From: Caldicoprobacterales bacterium
GTDB taxonomy: Bacteria; Bacillota; Clostridia; Caldicoprobacterales; DTU083
Assembly: GCA_050951505.1 (NCBI GenBank)
Contig: JBMNJE010000011.1
Location: forward strand, 483,168-515,167
Length of the DNA stretch: 32,000 nt
Reading direction: 5' to 3'
Part shown: one piece after another, positions 17,625-26,823 of the stretch
Position numbering within the stretch: the stretch's first letter is position 1
Layout: each line of letters starts with the position of its first letter
Notes under the pieces: model-generated
The model's database searches: none
What the model saw: only the letters and a program-made list of their open reading frames with translations
Told to the model about the DNA's origin: nothing
Program-made: the position numbers and the translations under genes

Positions 17625-19307
17625 ATGGTTAATCGCAGCAAAAGAGGCTTAGGTGAGATCCTTTTAGAGTCCGGGATTATCACATCCAGCCAGCTGGAAG
17701 AAGCATTAATAAAGCAAAAAACAAGCGGAAAAAGACTGGGAGAGATTCTGATTGCCGAAGGCATCATCAATGAAAAACAATTAATAGAAGCACTTGAATA
17801 TCAGTTGAAGATACCCTATTTCGATTTTACAACCGAGTCCATTCAACCGGAGATTCCCAGACTTATCAGTGAAAGTTTGGCCAGGAGGCATATGCTTATA
17901 CCCATCAGCAGGGAAGGCAAACAACTGACGGTAGCAATGGTAGATCCGCTTAACCTATACGCCATCGATGATGTTAATATTGCTACCGGGCTTCAAGTGA
18001 AACCTGCTCTGGCATTACGCAGTCATATAGAAAGCGCCATTGATCGCTATTACGGCAAGGAGAGTGCAGAAAAAGCCGTAGAGGATTTTACGCGGGAGAT
18101 TGGAATAGAACAGATCAACGAAATAGAAGAAAATATACTCAGTGAGATTAATAATGCCCCAGTAGTCAGGCTGGTGGATTCCATAATACAGCATGCAGTT
18201 CGTGCAAGGGCAAGCGACATTCATATAGAGCCTTTTGAAAAGAATATACGGATTAGATTTCGTATTGACGGTGAACTGCAGGAAATAATGACTTCCTCAA
18301 AAACCACTCATTCTGCCATTGTAACACGTATCAAAATCATTGGCAGAATGGACATTGCGGAAAAAAGAATTCCTCAGGATGGACGTGTAGAACTCCAGGT
18401 AGACAATAAGGATGTGGACTTACGAATTTCAGTTCTGCCTACTGTCTATGGAGAAAAGATTGTAATACGCTTATTGGATCGCAGCAGCACGATTATGACC
18501 AAAACCCAATTGGGCTTTAGTGAAACCAATATCAGGATGTTTGACAAACTGATCCAAAGCCCAAACGGAATTATTTTGGTTACCGGTCCTACCGGAAGCG
18601 GAAAAACTACAACCCTGTATGCTGTTTTGCAGGAATTGAATAAAATTAACAGAAATATAATCACAGTGGAAGATCCGGTGGAATATCGATTGGACGGGGT
18701 AAATCAGGTGTCAGTAAATGTCAAAGCCGGACTGACTTTTGCCAACGGACTACGCTCCATTCTGCGCCAGGACCCGGATATTATAATGATTGGAGAGATA
18801 CGTGATGCGGAAACAGCTGAGATATCAGTACGTGCAGCAATCACAGGCCATCTGGTTTTAAGTACAATGCATACCAACGATTCGGCGTCCACTGTTTCAA
18901 GGCTGGTTGATATGGGTATTGAACCTTATCTTGTGTCCTCATCAGTTGTAGGTGTAGTAGCCCAACGATTGGTAAAAAAGATTTGCAGTAATTGTAAAGT
19001 GGAGTATGAGCCATTATCTTCGGAGAAAGATTTGCTGAATAAGCCTGATTTAGATGTATTGTATAAAGGAGAAGGATGCAGTTTATGCAATAATACAGGA
19101 TATAGAGGAAGAACCGCTATACATGAAGTAATGCTTATGACGAGGGAGATTCGTGAGATGGTAGACAGAAGAGCTTCGATTGATGCTATCAGAGCCGCTT
19201 CTGCCAAGTACGGTACGATTACTCTTAGAGACAGCTGCAGTCAGTTGGTTTGGGAAGGAATTACAACTACCGATGAAATGTTGAAGGTGACATATAGTAT
19301 AGAATAG
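17625..19307 (+). CDS. pilB: Type IV pilus assembly (extension) ATPase PilB, GspE family, with N-terminal MshEN-type domain
   Basis: 560 aa. Walker A GPTGSGKTT, Walker B/Asp box IIMIGEIRD, His box LVLSTMHTN, tetracysteine CSNC...CSLC. N-terminal tandem RLGEIL-type repeats. RBS AAAGGAGGGG. Confidence 0.95.
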   Translation: MVNRSKRGLGEILLESGIITSSQLEEALIKQKTSGKRLGEILIAEGIINEKQLIEALEYQLKIPYFDFTTESIQPEIPRLISESLARRHMLIPISREGKQLTVAMVDPLNLYAIDDVNIATGLQVKPALALRSHIESAIDRYYGKESAEKAVEDFTREIGIEQINEIEENILSEINNAPVVRLVDSIIQHAVRARASDIHIEPFEKNIRIRFRIDGELQEIMTSSKTTHSAIVTRIKIIGRMDIAEKRIPQDGRVELQVDNKDVDLRISVLPTVYGEKIVIRLLDRSSTIMTKTQLGFSETNIRMFDKLIQSPNGIILVTGPTGSGKTTTLYAVLQELNKINRNIITVEDPVEYRLDGVNQVSVNVKAGLTFANGLRSILRQDPDIIMIGEIRDAETAEISVRAAITGHLVLSTMHTNDSASTVSRLVDMGIEPYLVSSSVVGVVAQRLVKKICSNCKVEYEPLSSEKDLLNKPDLDVLYKGEGCSLCNNTGYRGRTAIHEVMLMTREIREMVDRRASIDAIRAASAKYGTITLRDSCSQLVWEGITTTDEMLKVTYSIE

Positions 19308-19320
19308 GTGGTGGATTATA

Positions 19321-20382
19321 ATGGTAAGCATAAATGATCTACTGGCGGATGCAGTAAATTCAAAGGCTTCAGACGTTCACCTAACAGTGGGTGTACCTCC
19401 TATCATTCGAATAAACGGTATTCTGCATCCATATAATGACACAATACTAACATCGGATGATACAAAACATTATATACTTCAGGTACTCAATGAACATGAA
19501 CGGGAACAGTTGGACAAATATGGTGAATGGGATTTATCCTTCTTCCTGCCCGGAGTGGCGCGCTTCCGGGTTAATGCTTACAAGCAGCGCGGCAGTTATG
19601 CCATGGCTATCAGAATAGTCAGCATCGACCCGCCAACTTTGGACGAGCTTGGTTTCCCGGATAGTCTGAAGGAACTGTCAATGAAACCAAGAGGGCTGAT
19701 TCTGGTGACAGGACCTACCGGGAGCGGCAAATCCACTACCCTGGCTGCCATGGTGGATCACATTAACAGAAACAGGCGATGCCACATTATTACCCTGGAA
19801 GATCCAATTGAATACTTACATAAGCACAATAAGAGTATTGTTAACCAAAGAGAAATCGGCAGTGACAGCAAGACTTTTGCCAATGGACTTCGTGCTGCCC
19901 TTCGTGAAGATCCTGATGTTATTCTGGTAGGAGAAATGAGGGACATGGAAACAATTTCCACCGCAATTACAGCGGCTGAAACCGGACATCTGGTCATGTC
20001 TACCCTCCATACCATGAGTGCTGATCAAACGGTAGATCGTATCATAGATACATTTCCCGGGCATCAGCAGGCACAGATCAGGACTCAGCTTTCTTTTGTA
20101 ATTGAAGGCATTATAGCCCAGCAGCTGCTCCCTCTCAGGAACAATAAAGGCAGAGTAGCAGCGTTGGAAATACTTTTGGCCAACAACGCCATACGTAATT
20201 TAATTCGTGAGGGAAGAACACATCAAATACAAACAGCTATTCAGACCGGACTAAGGACTGGTATGAGCACCATGGATTATTCCCTAGCAAATTTGGTACG
20301 CAGGAATTTAATTACATTGGAAGTTGCCATGGAACGTGCAATGGATACAGAGATGCTGAAACAGCATTTGAGAACCGGCTGA
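19321..20382 (+). CDS. pilT: Type IV pilus retraction ATPase PilT
   Basis: 353 aa. Walker A GPTGSGKST, ILVGEMRD, LVMSTLHT, PilT-specific AIRNLIREGRTHQI motif. Confidence 0.95.
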   Translation: MVSINDLLADAVNSKASDVHLTVGVPPIIRINGILHPYNDTILTSDDTKHYILQVLNEHEREQLDKYGEWDLSFFLPGVARFRVNAYKQRGSYAMAIRIVSIDPPTLDELGFPDSLKELSMKPRGLILVTGPTGSGKSTTLAAMVDHINRNRRCHIITLEDPIEYLHKHNKSIVNQREIGSDSKTFANGLRAALREDPDVILVGEMRDMETISTAITAAETGHLVMSTLHTMSADQTVDRIIDTFPGHQQAQIRTQLSFVIEGIIAQQLLPLRNNKGRVAALEILLANNAIRNLIREGRTHQIQTAIQTGLRTGMSTMDYSLANLVRRNLITLEVAMERAMDTEMLKQHLRTG

Positions 20383-20424
20383 TAAAGATCAAACCGATGC
20401 AGTTATGTCGAAAGGGGGATGAAT

Positions 20425-21630
20425 ATGCCTTTATTTGAATACAAGGCAATCAGTCAAACCGGTGAAAGCATAACCGGGCGGTACAATGCAAAAACACGTA
20501 ATGAAATTATGGAAATGCTTCGTAGTAAAAACTATCATCCCGTCCAGGTAAAGGAAGTTGGAGGAAGCAAGGATCTCAGTACGCTGAGTGTATTCAACAA
20601 AGTCAAAATTAAAGATATAGCTGTATTTGCAAGACAGTTTCACGCAATGCTGAATGCCGGTGTGACCATTATTCAGTGTCTGGATATTTTAAGACAGCAA
20701 ACTGAAAAACAAGCATTTAAGAATGTTATAGAAAAGGTTTACGAATCAGTCCAAAAAGGCTCAACCCTATCCGAGTCGATGAAGGAACACCGACAAACCT
20801 TTCCTGAACTGTTTGTCAATATGGTAGAAGCAGGAGAAGCCAGCGGAAACCTGGATAGTATCATGGATAGAATGGCTGTTCATTACGAAAAGGAAACCAA
20901 GATACAGAACAAAATTAGAGGTGCAATGACCTATCCTATTATCCTTGCAGTGGTTTCTGTTGTTGTTGTTGTGTTCATGTTAGTAGCTATCCTTCCTACC
21001 TTTCTCAGCATGTTTGAAGGCAGCGGTTTGGCTTTACCCGGGCCCACCAAATTTTTACTTTCCATTAGCAATGGGATCAGACAGTATTGGTATATAATTT
21101 TGATGGTCATAATTGCTGTAGTATATCTGATTCACAGATACATCAATACAGAGGAAGGGAGGAAACAATTTGACCGGTTGAAGCTGAAAATGCCGGTAGT
21201 CAACAACATGGTGATCAAGGTAGCCACCTCAAGATTTACCCGTACATTAGCAACTCTGCTGGCCAGTGGCATCCCTTTGCTGCCTTCAATGGATATAGTG
21301 TCCAAAATCGTAGGAAATCGGATTATTTCTGATGGCATATTAGGTGTTAAAGAAGATCTGAGAAAAGGCTATGATTTGGCAGGGCCTATCCGTCGACTGG
21401 GAATATTCCCGCCTATAGTAGACTCCATGATTCGAATAGGCGAAGAATCCGGTTCATTGGAGGAAGTGCTGCAGAGGACAGCAGATTTTTATGATGAGGA
21501 AGTAGATGTGGCAATACAAAAAATGACATCCATGCTGGAACCTCTCATGCTGGTTGTTATGGCAATTGTTATCGGCTTTCTGGTAGTAGCAATGTACCTA
21601 CCCATGATTGACATGATGCAGACGATATAA
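20425..21630 (+). CDS. pilC: Type IV pilus platform protein PilC (GspF family)
   Basis: Two GspF repeats (FARQFHAMLNAGVTI..., FTRTLATLLASGIPLL...) and three TM segments. Start set at ATG 20425 (MPLFEYKA...), 6 nt after the G5 SD. ATG 20419 abuts the SD. Confidence 0.9.
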   Translation: MPLFEYKAISQTGESITGRYNAKTRNEIMEMLRSKNYHPVQVKEVGGSKDLSTLSVFNKVKIKDIAVFARQFHAMLNAGVTIIQCLDILRQQTEKQAFKNVIEKVYESVQKGSTLSESMKEHRQTFPELFVNMVEAGEASGNLDSIMDRMAVHYEKETKIQNKIRGAMTYPIILAVVSVVVVVFMLVAILPTFLSMFEGSGLALPGPTKFLLSISNGIRQYWYIILMVIIAVVYLIHRYINTEEGRKQFDRLKLKMPVVNNMVIKVATSRFTRTLATLLASGIPLLPSMDIVSKIVGNRIISDGILGVKEDLRKGYDLAGPIRRLGIFPPIVDSMIRIGEESGSLEEVLQRTADFYDEEVDVAIQKMTSMLEPLMLVVMAIVIGFLVVAMYLPMIDMMQTI

Positions 21631-21642
21631 ATTAGAAATGAG

Positions 21643-22710
21643 GTGATCCCATTGGCTAAATACCTGATTTCTCTGGATCTGGGCAGCCAAAATATACAAA
21701 TAATATATGGCAGATACAATAAAGGGAATATAGAAATACGAAACGCAGTTACTGCCCCAATACCGGAGGAAGTGTACAAGGATGGAAGAATTGAGGATCT
21801 TGATATGATGAAGCAATCCATCCGGGATTTGATTACCGCAAACAAGATCAAGGAAAAAAGGACAGCACTAACGATACAAAGTACATCCATCATTACCAGA
21901 GACATTATGCTGCCGGCAACTGAGCGTCAGCATTTGGATAACATGGTAAAATATGAGATCGAGCAGTATCTGCCCATTGTAGCAACAGAGTATATCATAG
22001 ATTATTCTGTATTGGACGAGATTGATGAAGATGGAATAAGAAAATACAGGATACATGTAGCTGCAATTCCAAAAAATATGGTCGAACAATACTTGTCTCT
22101 GGTAAAGGGAATAGGGTTGAAGCCTATAGCTCTGGACATTCACTCCAACGCCGCAGCCAAGCTTTTTTCCCAAAACGCATCCATAAATGGAGAGGATTTG
22201 GACATCAGCAAGACTTTAGCCTATATTGATTTTGGATATCGAAGCATCAGTATTCATATACTATCAAAAGGAAAGCTGGAATTCAGCCGAATGATCAATT
22301 TAGGCGCGAGGGAAATGGATGAAGAAATATCTATTACCTGTAATTTATCACTGAGCCAGGCTGAAAAGAAAAAGATTCAGGAAGCAGATCTGAATCCTGA
22401 GGATTACAATGAACTAATGGCAGATTCTTTTCATGATATTATTCGTTCTCAGACAGATATCTGGCTGGCCGAAATTCAGAAGGTTTTTCAGTATTACATC
22501 AGCAGAACAACCGGTAATCATATTGAAGGTATTTATCTATATGGAGGCGGTTCCAGGCTTAAGGGTCTGGATAAATATGTTGAGCAGGCATTGAACCTTC
22601 GTACCAGAAACATTGATAATCTTGCTATTATCAAAACAGCGGTGAGCACTTCTTATTTCAACCCCAGGGACTATATTAATGCATTGGGGGCGCTGATACG
22701 ATATGAGTAA
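21643..22710 (+). CDS. pilM: Type IV pilus assembly protein PilM (actin-like ATPase fold)
   Basis: LISLDLGSQNIQIIYG, IDFGYRSISIHIL, IYLYGGGSRLKGL phosphate-binding loops. The true start may be TTG 21652, just after GAGGTGAT. Confidence 0.85.
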   Translation: MIPLAKYLISLDLGSQNIQIIYGRYNKGNIEIRNAVTAPIPEEVYKDGRIEDLDMMKQSIRDLITANKIKEKRTALTIQSTSIITRDIMLPATERQHLDNMVKYEIEQYLPIVATEYIIDYSVLDEIDEDGIRKYRIHVAAIPKNMVEQYLSLVKGIGLKPIALDIHSNAAAKLFSQNASINGEDLDISKTLAYIDFGYRSISIHILSKGKLEFSRMINLGAREMDEEISITCNLSLSQAEKKKIQEADLNPEDYNELMADSFHDIIRSQTDIWLAEIQKVFQYYISRTTGNHIEGIYLYGGGSRLKGLDKYVEQALNLRTRNIDNLAIIKTAVSTSYFNPRDYINALGALIRYE

Positions 22711-23299
22711 CATTAATCTGCAAAAACAGGATTTTAACTTTTTTTCCCATGAGATTTACTCCAAGCGCTCAACAAGAAAAAGAAGTATACAGCTTGGAGT
22801 TATGGTACTAATATTTTTGATGCTGATAGCGGGTGTTTATTTTTACTTTGAGTATGCTATTCATTCTGCTCAGGAACAAATCGATTCCCTTGATGAATTT
22901 CTGGCATCGGAAGAAGTTGATGCGAATCGGAGACTGGTTGCAGAGAAAAAACAGGAAATCAATGAACTGAAAAGACACTCTGCTGCTTTGAAATCCTTCC
23001 TTGAGAATATTCAGAGAAAGGACATCATAGGAACCGAATACATTAATCAGCTTACCTCTGCCATCCCTCAAGGCTTGTTTTTTGAAAGCATAACCCTGAC
23101 TACGGAACAGATACATATACAGGGAAAATCGCCGAATAGGCAGATTATTGCGGAATACCTGAACAATATGCAGGCTTTGGAGCTCTTTCAGGATGTCCAT
23201 GTACCAAGTATAACTACCATTTCCGAAGAAGAGGATAACGAGCAGGGTGAATACTCCTTTGTCATGACCTGTATCTTAAAGGATGTGATGGAAGAATGA
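22703..23299 (+). CDS. pilN: PilN-like pilus assembly protein
   Basis: 198 aa. Short cytoplasmic N-terminus (SNINLQKQDFNFF), single TM (LGVMVLIFLMLIAGVYFYF), coiled coil. Overlaps pilM by 8 nt. Confidence 0.7.
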   Translation: MSNINLQKQDFNFFSHEIYSKRSTRKRSIQLGVMVLIFLMLIAGVYFYFEYAIHSAQEQIDSLDEFLASEEVDANRRLVAEKKQEINELKRHSAALKSFLENIQRKDIIGTEYINQLTSAIPQGLFFESITLTTEQIHIQGKSPNRQIIAEYLNNMQALELFQDVHVPSITTISEEEDNEQGEYSFVMTCILKDVMEE

Positions 23300-24087
23300 A
23301 ACTAACAAAGAGAGAGGCCTTCCTGCTGAAGTTAGTCAGTTTTGTAGCTTTACTGGCTCTATCCTACTATTTTATAATAGCACCACAACTGGAAAGATTA
23401 GCTGAGACTGAACAGAATCTGGCATTAAAATCTTCGGAAGTTGAGACGATTGAATCAGAGATACAAAGTCTTCCCCTACTAGAGGAGGAAATTGCATCAC
23501 TGCAAGAAGAAATCAGGGTTTCAACAAAAACCTTTTACCCTGAACTGCGGCAGAAGAAGCTTATTGTTATTCTGGATGAACAGCTTAAACAGTCCGGAAC
23601 AGCAGCGGATTCTTTGACGTTTTCCCAGGTAAATTCTGAAGAAAGTACTGAAGATCTTGGAACAGATAATGAACAAACCGAAAATTCAGATGTCAATTCC
23701 AATGGAGAGCCTGTAAAGACAGTTCTTCAGTCCATATCAATTCAAGTCCCATTTACCGGCAGTTATGAGCAAATAATTGATTTGATAAGGAGACTGGAAG
23801 ACATGAATCGTACTTTCGTCATTAACAGCCTTCAGCTGTCCCAAGGTACAGACGGCACAATCAGCGGAACAATTAATCTGGATTTTTATTCATTGAAAAA
23901 ACTGTTCCCTGATCCACAGGATGAGGATTATCTTAGCTGGCCATACAATACACCTAAAGGTATAGACAATCCTTTCCGGTTCATAGAAAGTGAAGAATCG
24001 GTATCTGAAGATGACTTGGAAACAACAGCACCGGAGGGGACAGAATCTCTGCCCGAGTCAGAGAATCAGGATGAGGAACAACCATAA
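23296..24087 (+). CDS. pilO: PilO-like pilus assembly protein with acidic low-complexity segments
   Basis: 263 aa. N-terminal TM (LKLVSFVALLALSYYFII), coiled coil, ferredoxin-like-sized C-terminal region. ATGA overlap with pilN. Call rests mainly on position and architecture. Confidence 0.65.
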   Translation: MKLTKREAFLLKLVSFVALLALSYYFIIAPQLERLAETEQNLALKSSEVETIESEIQSLPLLEEEIASLQEEIRVSTKTFYPELRQKKLIVILDEQLKQSGTAADSLTFSQVNSEESTEDLGTDNEQTENSDVNSNGEPVKTVLQSISIQVPFTGSYEQIIDLIRRLEDMNRTFVINSLQLSQGTDGTISGTINLDFYSLKKLFPDPQDEDYLSWPYNTPKGIDNPFRFIESEESVSEDDLETTAPEGTESLPESENQDEEQP

Positions 24088-24103
24088 AATGAAGGGGATT
24101 TAA

Positions 24104-24874
24104 ATGGAATTTGTTCTTATAGCGCTCGTATCTATAGCAGGATTGCTGATGGGCAGTTTTTTCAATGTATGCATCTATCGTGTTCCGAGAGACCAATCCA
24201 TAGTAAAACCTGCTTCCCGATGTACCTCCTGCGGCACAAGATTAGCCTGGCGTGATTTAATGCCTGTAATCAGCTGGGTTAGTCTGGGAGGGAAATGTCG
24301 TTACTGCAAGAGTCCTATATCTTATAGATACACTTTAGTTGAACTGCTTACCGGTTTGATATATGTAGTTCTGTATCTGAAATTTGGAATAAGCGGCAGC
24401 TTTTTAACGTATGCAATACTTTGTTCGATATTAATTATTGCTACCCTTATCGATTTGGACTTTCAGATCATACCGGACGGACTGGTACTTACAGGGGCAA
24501 TATTCGCTTTATTGCTGATACCGGCCGGTCTGTCTGTTCACTGGAAAGATGCATTGCTGGGGATGCTGGCAGGAGGAGGCACATTTTTGCTGATTGCGCT
24601 TCTTTCCTCGTGGATTCTCAAAAAAGAAGGTATGGGCGGCGGTGATATCAAACTAATGGGCATGATAGGCCTGTTTATCGGATGGAAATTAACAGCTTTA
24701 TCCATCCTCTTATCAATATATGCAGGCGGAATAATTGGCGGATTACTGATGCTGCTCAGAAAGAAGAAACGCGGCGATGCCATACCATACGGCCCATTTA
24801 TTGCTGCAGGCACGGTTATTGCCATTCTTTACGGAAACGATTTGATTCAATGGTATATCCTGACGTTTTTGTAA
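24104..24874 (+). CDS. pilD: Prepilin peptidase / N-methyltransferase PilD (peptidase A24)
   Basis: 256 aa. N-terminal CxxC...CxxC (CTSCGTRL...CRYCKSPI). Catalytic Asp motifs LIDLDFQIIPD and GGGDIKLMG. Multiple TMs. Confidence 0.95.
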   Translation: MEFVLIALVSIAGLLMGSFFNVCIYRVPRDQSIVKPASRCTSCGTRLAWRDLMPVISWVSLGGKCRYCKSPISYRYTLVELLTGLIYVVLYLKFGISGSFLTYAILCSILIIATLIDLDFQIIPDGLVLTGAIFALLLIPAGLSVHWKDALLGMLAGGGTFLLIALLSSWILKKEGMGGGDIKLMGMIGLFIGWKLTALSILLSIYAGGIIGGLLMLLRKKKRGDAIPYGPFIAAGTVIAILYGNDLIQWYILTFL

Positions 24875-24903
24875 CAGCTAACCAAATACATAATACGAAC
24901 TAG

Positions 24904-24932
24904 AGGAAGAGCCTGTCTCTTCCTTTTATTAT
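24904..24932 (+). terminator. Rho-independent terminator after pilD
   Basis: Perfect 8-bp stem AGGAAGAG (24904-24911) / CTCTTCCT (24917-24924), CCTGT loop, then TTTATTATT. Confidence 0.65.
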
Positions 24933-24984
24933 TAACCTGATTGTGAAATATGCTGTAGACAATTTGGAAAAAGTTAAAATATTA

Positions 24985-25013
24985 TTGAAATATGTGGAAG
25001 TTTATAATATAAT
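24985..25013 (+). promoter_or_regulatory. Candidate sigma-A promoter for the pilin operon
   Basis: TTGAAA (24985-24990), 17-nt spacer, TATAAT (25008-25013). About 55 nt upstream of the first pilin ATG. Confidence 0.5.
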
Positions 25014-25069
25014 TGACTCAAATATTGGCTTATTATCCAAATATAGCCTTTCACAAAGGGGGGGTGGGC

Positions 25070-25555
25070 ATGCATCTATCATTAAAGAGAAATAAAGGCC
25101 TGACGCTGATAGAGTTACTGCTAGTCCTTTCCCTTCTCAGTGTGCTTTCCTTAATGACAATACCCAATCTTCTCCGCTCAAACAACCGATGGATTCTGCG
25201 AAGCACGGCATATATGATAGCCAATGATATAAGAAGGATTCAAAGGATGTCAGTACAGGAGTGCACACAATACAATTTTGAACTGCAGACAAAACAGTTC
25301 TATTATATACTTAGAAATAACGATCCGACCCATCACAACATTAAAAAGGTTCAACTAAACCCGAAAATCACTTCTATAACATCTACACTTTATAATCCTG
25401 GATATGCCGGGCCCAAAGAAGGATACCGTATCCTTAGGTTTTCCTATCTGGGCAGTCCCAATCAAGCAGGAGAGATCGTACTGGAAACGGGAAACGGCGA
25501 CAATATCCGTTTGACTGTTGACGTTGCCACCGGAAGGGTTAAGGTGTATGATTAG
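25070..25555 (+). CDS. Type IV prepilin-like protein (GspH/FimT-like features); first gene of the pilin operon
   Basis: Start at ATG 25070 (MHLSLKRNKG|LTLIELLLVLSLLSVL). Class III signal with Gly-1, Leu+1, Glu+5. 161 aa. G-rich SD upstream. The ORF-track start at 25013 lies inside the promoter. Confidence 0.8.
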   Translation: MHLSLKRNKGLTLIELLLVLSLLSVLSLMTIPNLLRSNNRWILRSTAYMIANDIRRIQRMSVQECTQYNFELQTKQFYYILRNNDPTHHNIKKVQLNPKITSITSTLYNPGYAGPKEGYRILRFSYLGSPNQAGEIVLETGNGDNIRLTVDVATGRVKVYD

Positions 25556-26366
25556 GAAAGGCAGGTCGGAAGGTTTTTCTCTCATGGAACTGGTATTGTC
25601 GCTGGGTATCATGGCTATTCTGATTTCCTCTTTTTTCGGCATTATGACCAGTTTTGCAAAAAGCAATCAAATAAGTTATTTGTATCTGACAACCGGAATC
25701 AATGCAGGTAATATATATGAAAAGGCAAAATCCATGTCTGTCTATGAACTGTCAGCATTTACATCAAACAATATAATGTATGAAAACAATATAAAATATG
25801 TTGTAGAAGCAGACTGGTATACCAATGATTCGTCAGCCAACCAAATCGTAATAGTTGTGCATCAGGATTCCTCACATGGGTTTTTATGCTATGCCTTCGG
25901 AGATTCCATACATAACTTATTCACTATGAGCGGGCAGGGAAGTCTGGAAATCCGGCTTATACCTGGTGATAAACATACAACCATTGCCTTTTCAGATGAA
26001 TTGGGCAATACGGCTGAATATTCTTTTGTAACAAGCAAGGCTGCTCAGATATTAAGAGTACTTACCAATAAAATGAATGCTGAGCAAAGAATACATATAG
26101 ATATGGCTCAATTGCCCGAAAACAATTGGAATCTGCACATATATGAACATCCTTTTGCAGGTAATATATCCATAAATGTGGACAGCCTGATAATTTATAC
26201 AAAACAGCTCAATAAACCAATACAGGTAGATAATCTGACTCTTACCTCCACAAAATCAAAAACAGGACTCAAAATACCAGTGTATATGCAAGTGAGAGCA
26301 TATCAGGAAGACAGGGATTATCATCCGATTTCCCAGCGGTTTGGAGTCTTTCTGATTAGTCCATAG
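25548..26366 (+). CDS. Type IV prepilin-like minor pilin
   Basis: Start at ATG 25548 (MIRKGRSEG|FSLMELVLSLGIMAIL). Canonical G/F cleavage site with Glu+5. 272 aa. Overlaps the preceding stop (ATGATTAG). Confidence 0.8.
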   Translation: MIRKGRSEGFSLMELVLSLGIMAILISSFFGIMTSFAKSNQISYLYLTTGINAGNIYEKAKSMSVYELSAFTSNNIMYENNIKYVVEADWYTNDSSANQIVIVVHQDSSHGFLCYAFGDSIHNLFTMSGQGSLEIRLIPGDKHTTIAFSDELGNTAEYSFVTSKAAQILRVLTNKMNAEQRIHIDMAQLPENNWNLHIYEHPFAGNISINVDSLIIYTKQLNKPIQVDNLTLTSTKSKTGLKIPVYMQVRAYQEDRDYHPISQRFGVFLISP

Positions 26367-26385
26367 TGCACGGGGGGTAGAAAAA

Positions 26386-26823
26386 TTGCAGAAAAATAAA
26401 GGTTTTACTCTGCTTGAGTGTTTAATAACACTCAGCTTGGTTTCCATTGTTATCGTTATAGCATTGAACATCTATCTGACGGGATACAAATTGTACAGAA
26501 GACAAGAATACAAGACAGAGGTAGAAGAGAATATCAGGGTGATTTTGAATAGAATTTCAGAAACCTTGCGCAGAACGGATCACCCTGCTGAAATGGTTTC
26601 CGTGTCCGGCAAAATGCTCATAATCGGATCTGCCAGATATTATTTGACTTCTGACAGTCTGCAGGAGCGAATCGGTCAGGGAACAAACAACTTAGGCCGA
26701 TATATTCATTCCTTTGATCCTTGTCTGGAGAACAATTGTCTCATAGTGCGTATTGCAGGAATGGGATTTCAAGGTGAGCCTCCTTTTGTGGTAGAACAAA
26801 TCTTTTATATTGGAGGTGAGTAG
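26386..26823 (+). CDS. Type IV prepilin-like minor pilin
   Basis: TTG start 8 nt after the G6 SD. MQKNKG|FTLLECLITLSLVSIV, G/F site with Glu+5. 145 aa. Confidence 0.8.
   Translation: MQKNKGFTLLECLITLSLVSIVIVIALNIYLTGYKLYRRQEYKTEVEENIRVILNRISETLRRTDHPAEMVSVSGKMLIIGSARYYLTSDSLQERIGQGTNNLGRYIHSFDPCLENNCLIVRIAGMGFQGEPPFVVEQIFYIGGE

Noticed and set aside
24421-24903. Plus-strand alternative-frame ORFs inside pilD (24421-24645, 24682-24903), and similar ones inside hslU (1681-1932), the nucleotidyltransferase fusion gene (4564-4758), the PilX-like gene (27761-27964) and the second PilN-like gene (29651-29857).
   Set aside because: They are embedded in alternative frames of strongly supported genes, have no RBS, and show Arg/Cys-rich or low-complexity translations typical of off-frame reading.
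24933-25069. Possible c-di-GMP riboswitch upstream of the first pilin gene, as known for some clostridial pilA genes.
   Set aside because: The best promoter places the TSS around 25020, leaving only a ~50-nt leader. That is too short for a GEMM-I or GEMM-II aptamer, and I saw no conserved aptamer-like helices. c-di-GMP input is more plausibly through the PilB MshEN domain.
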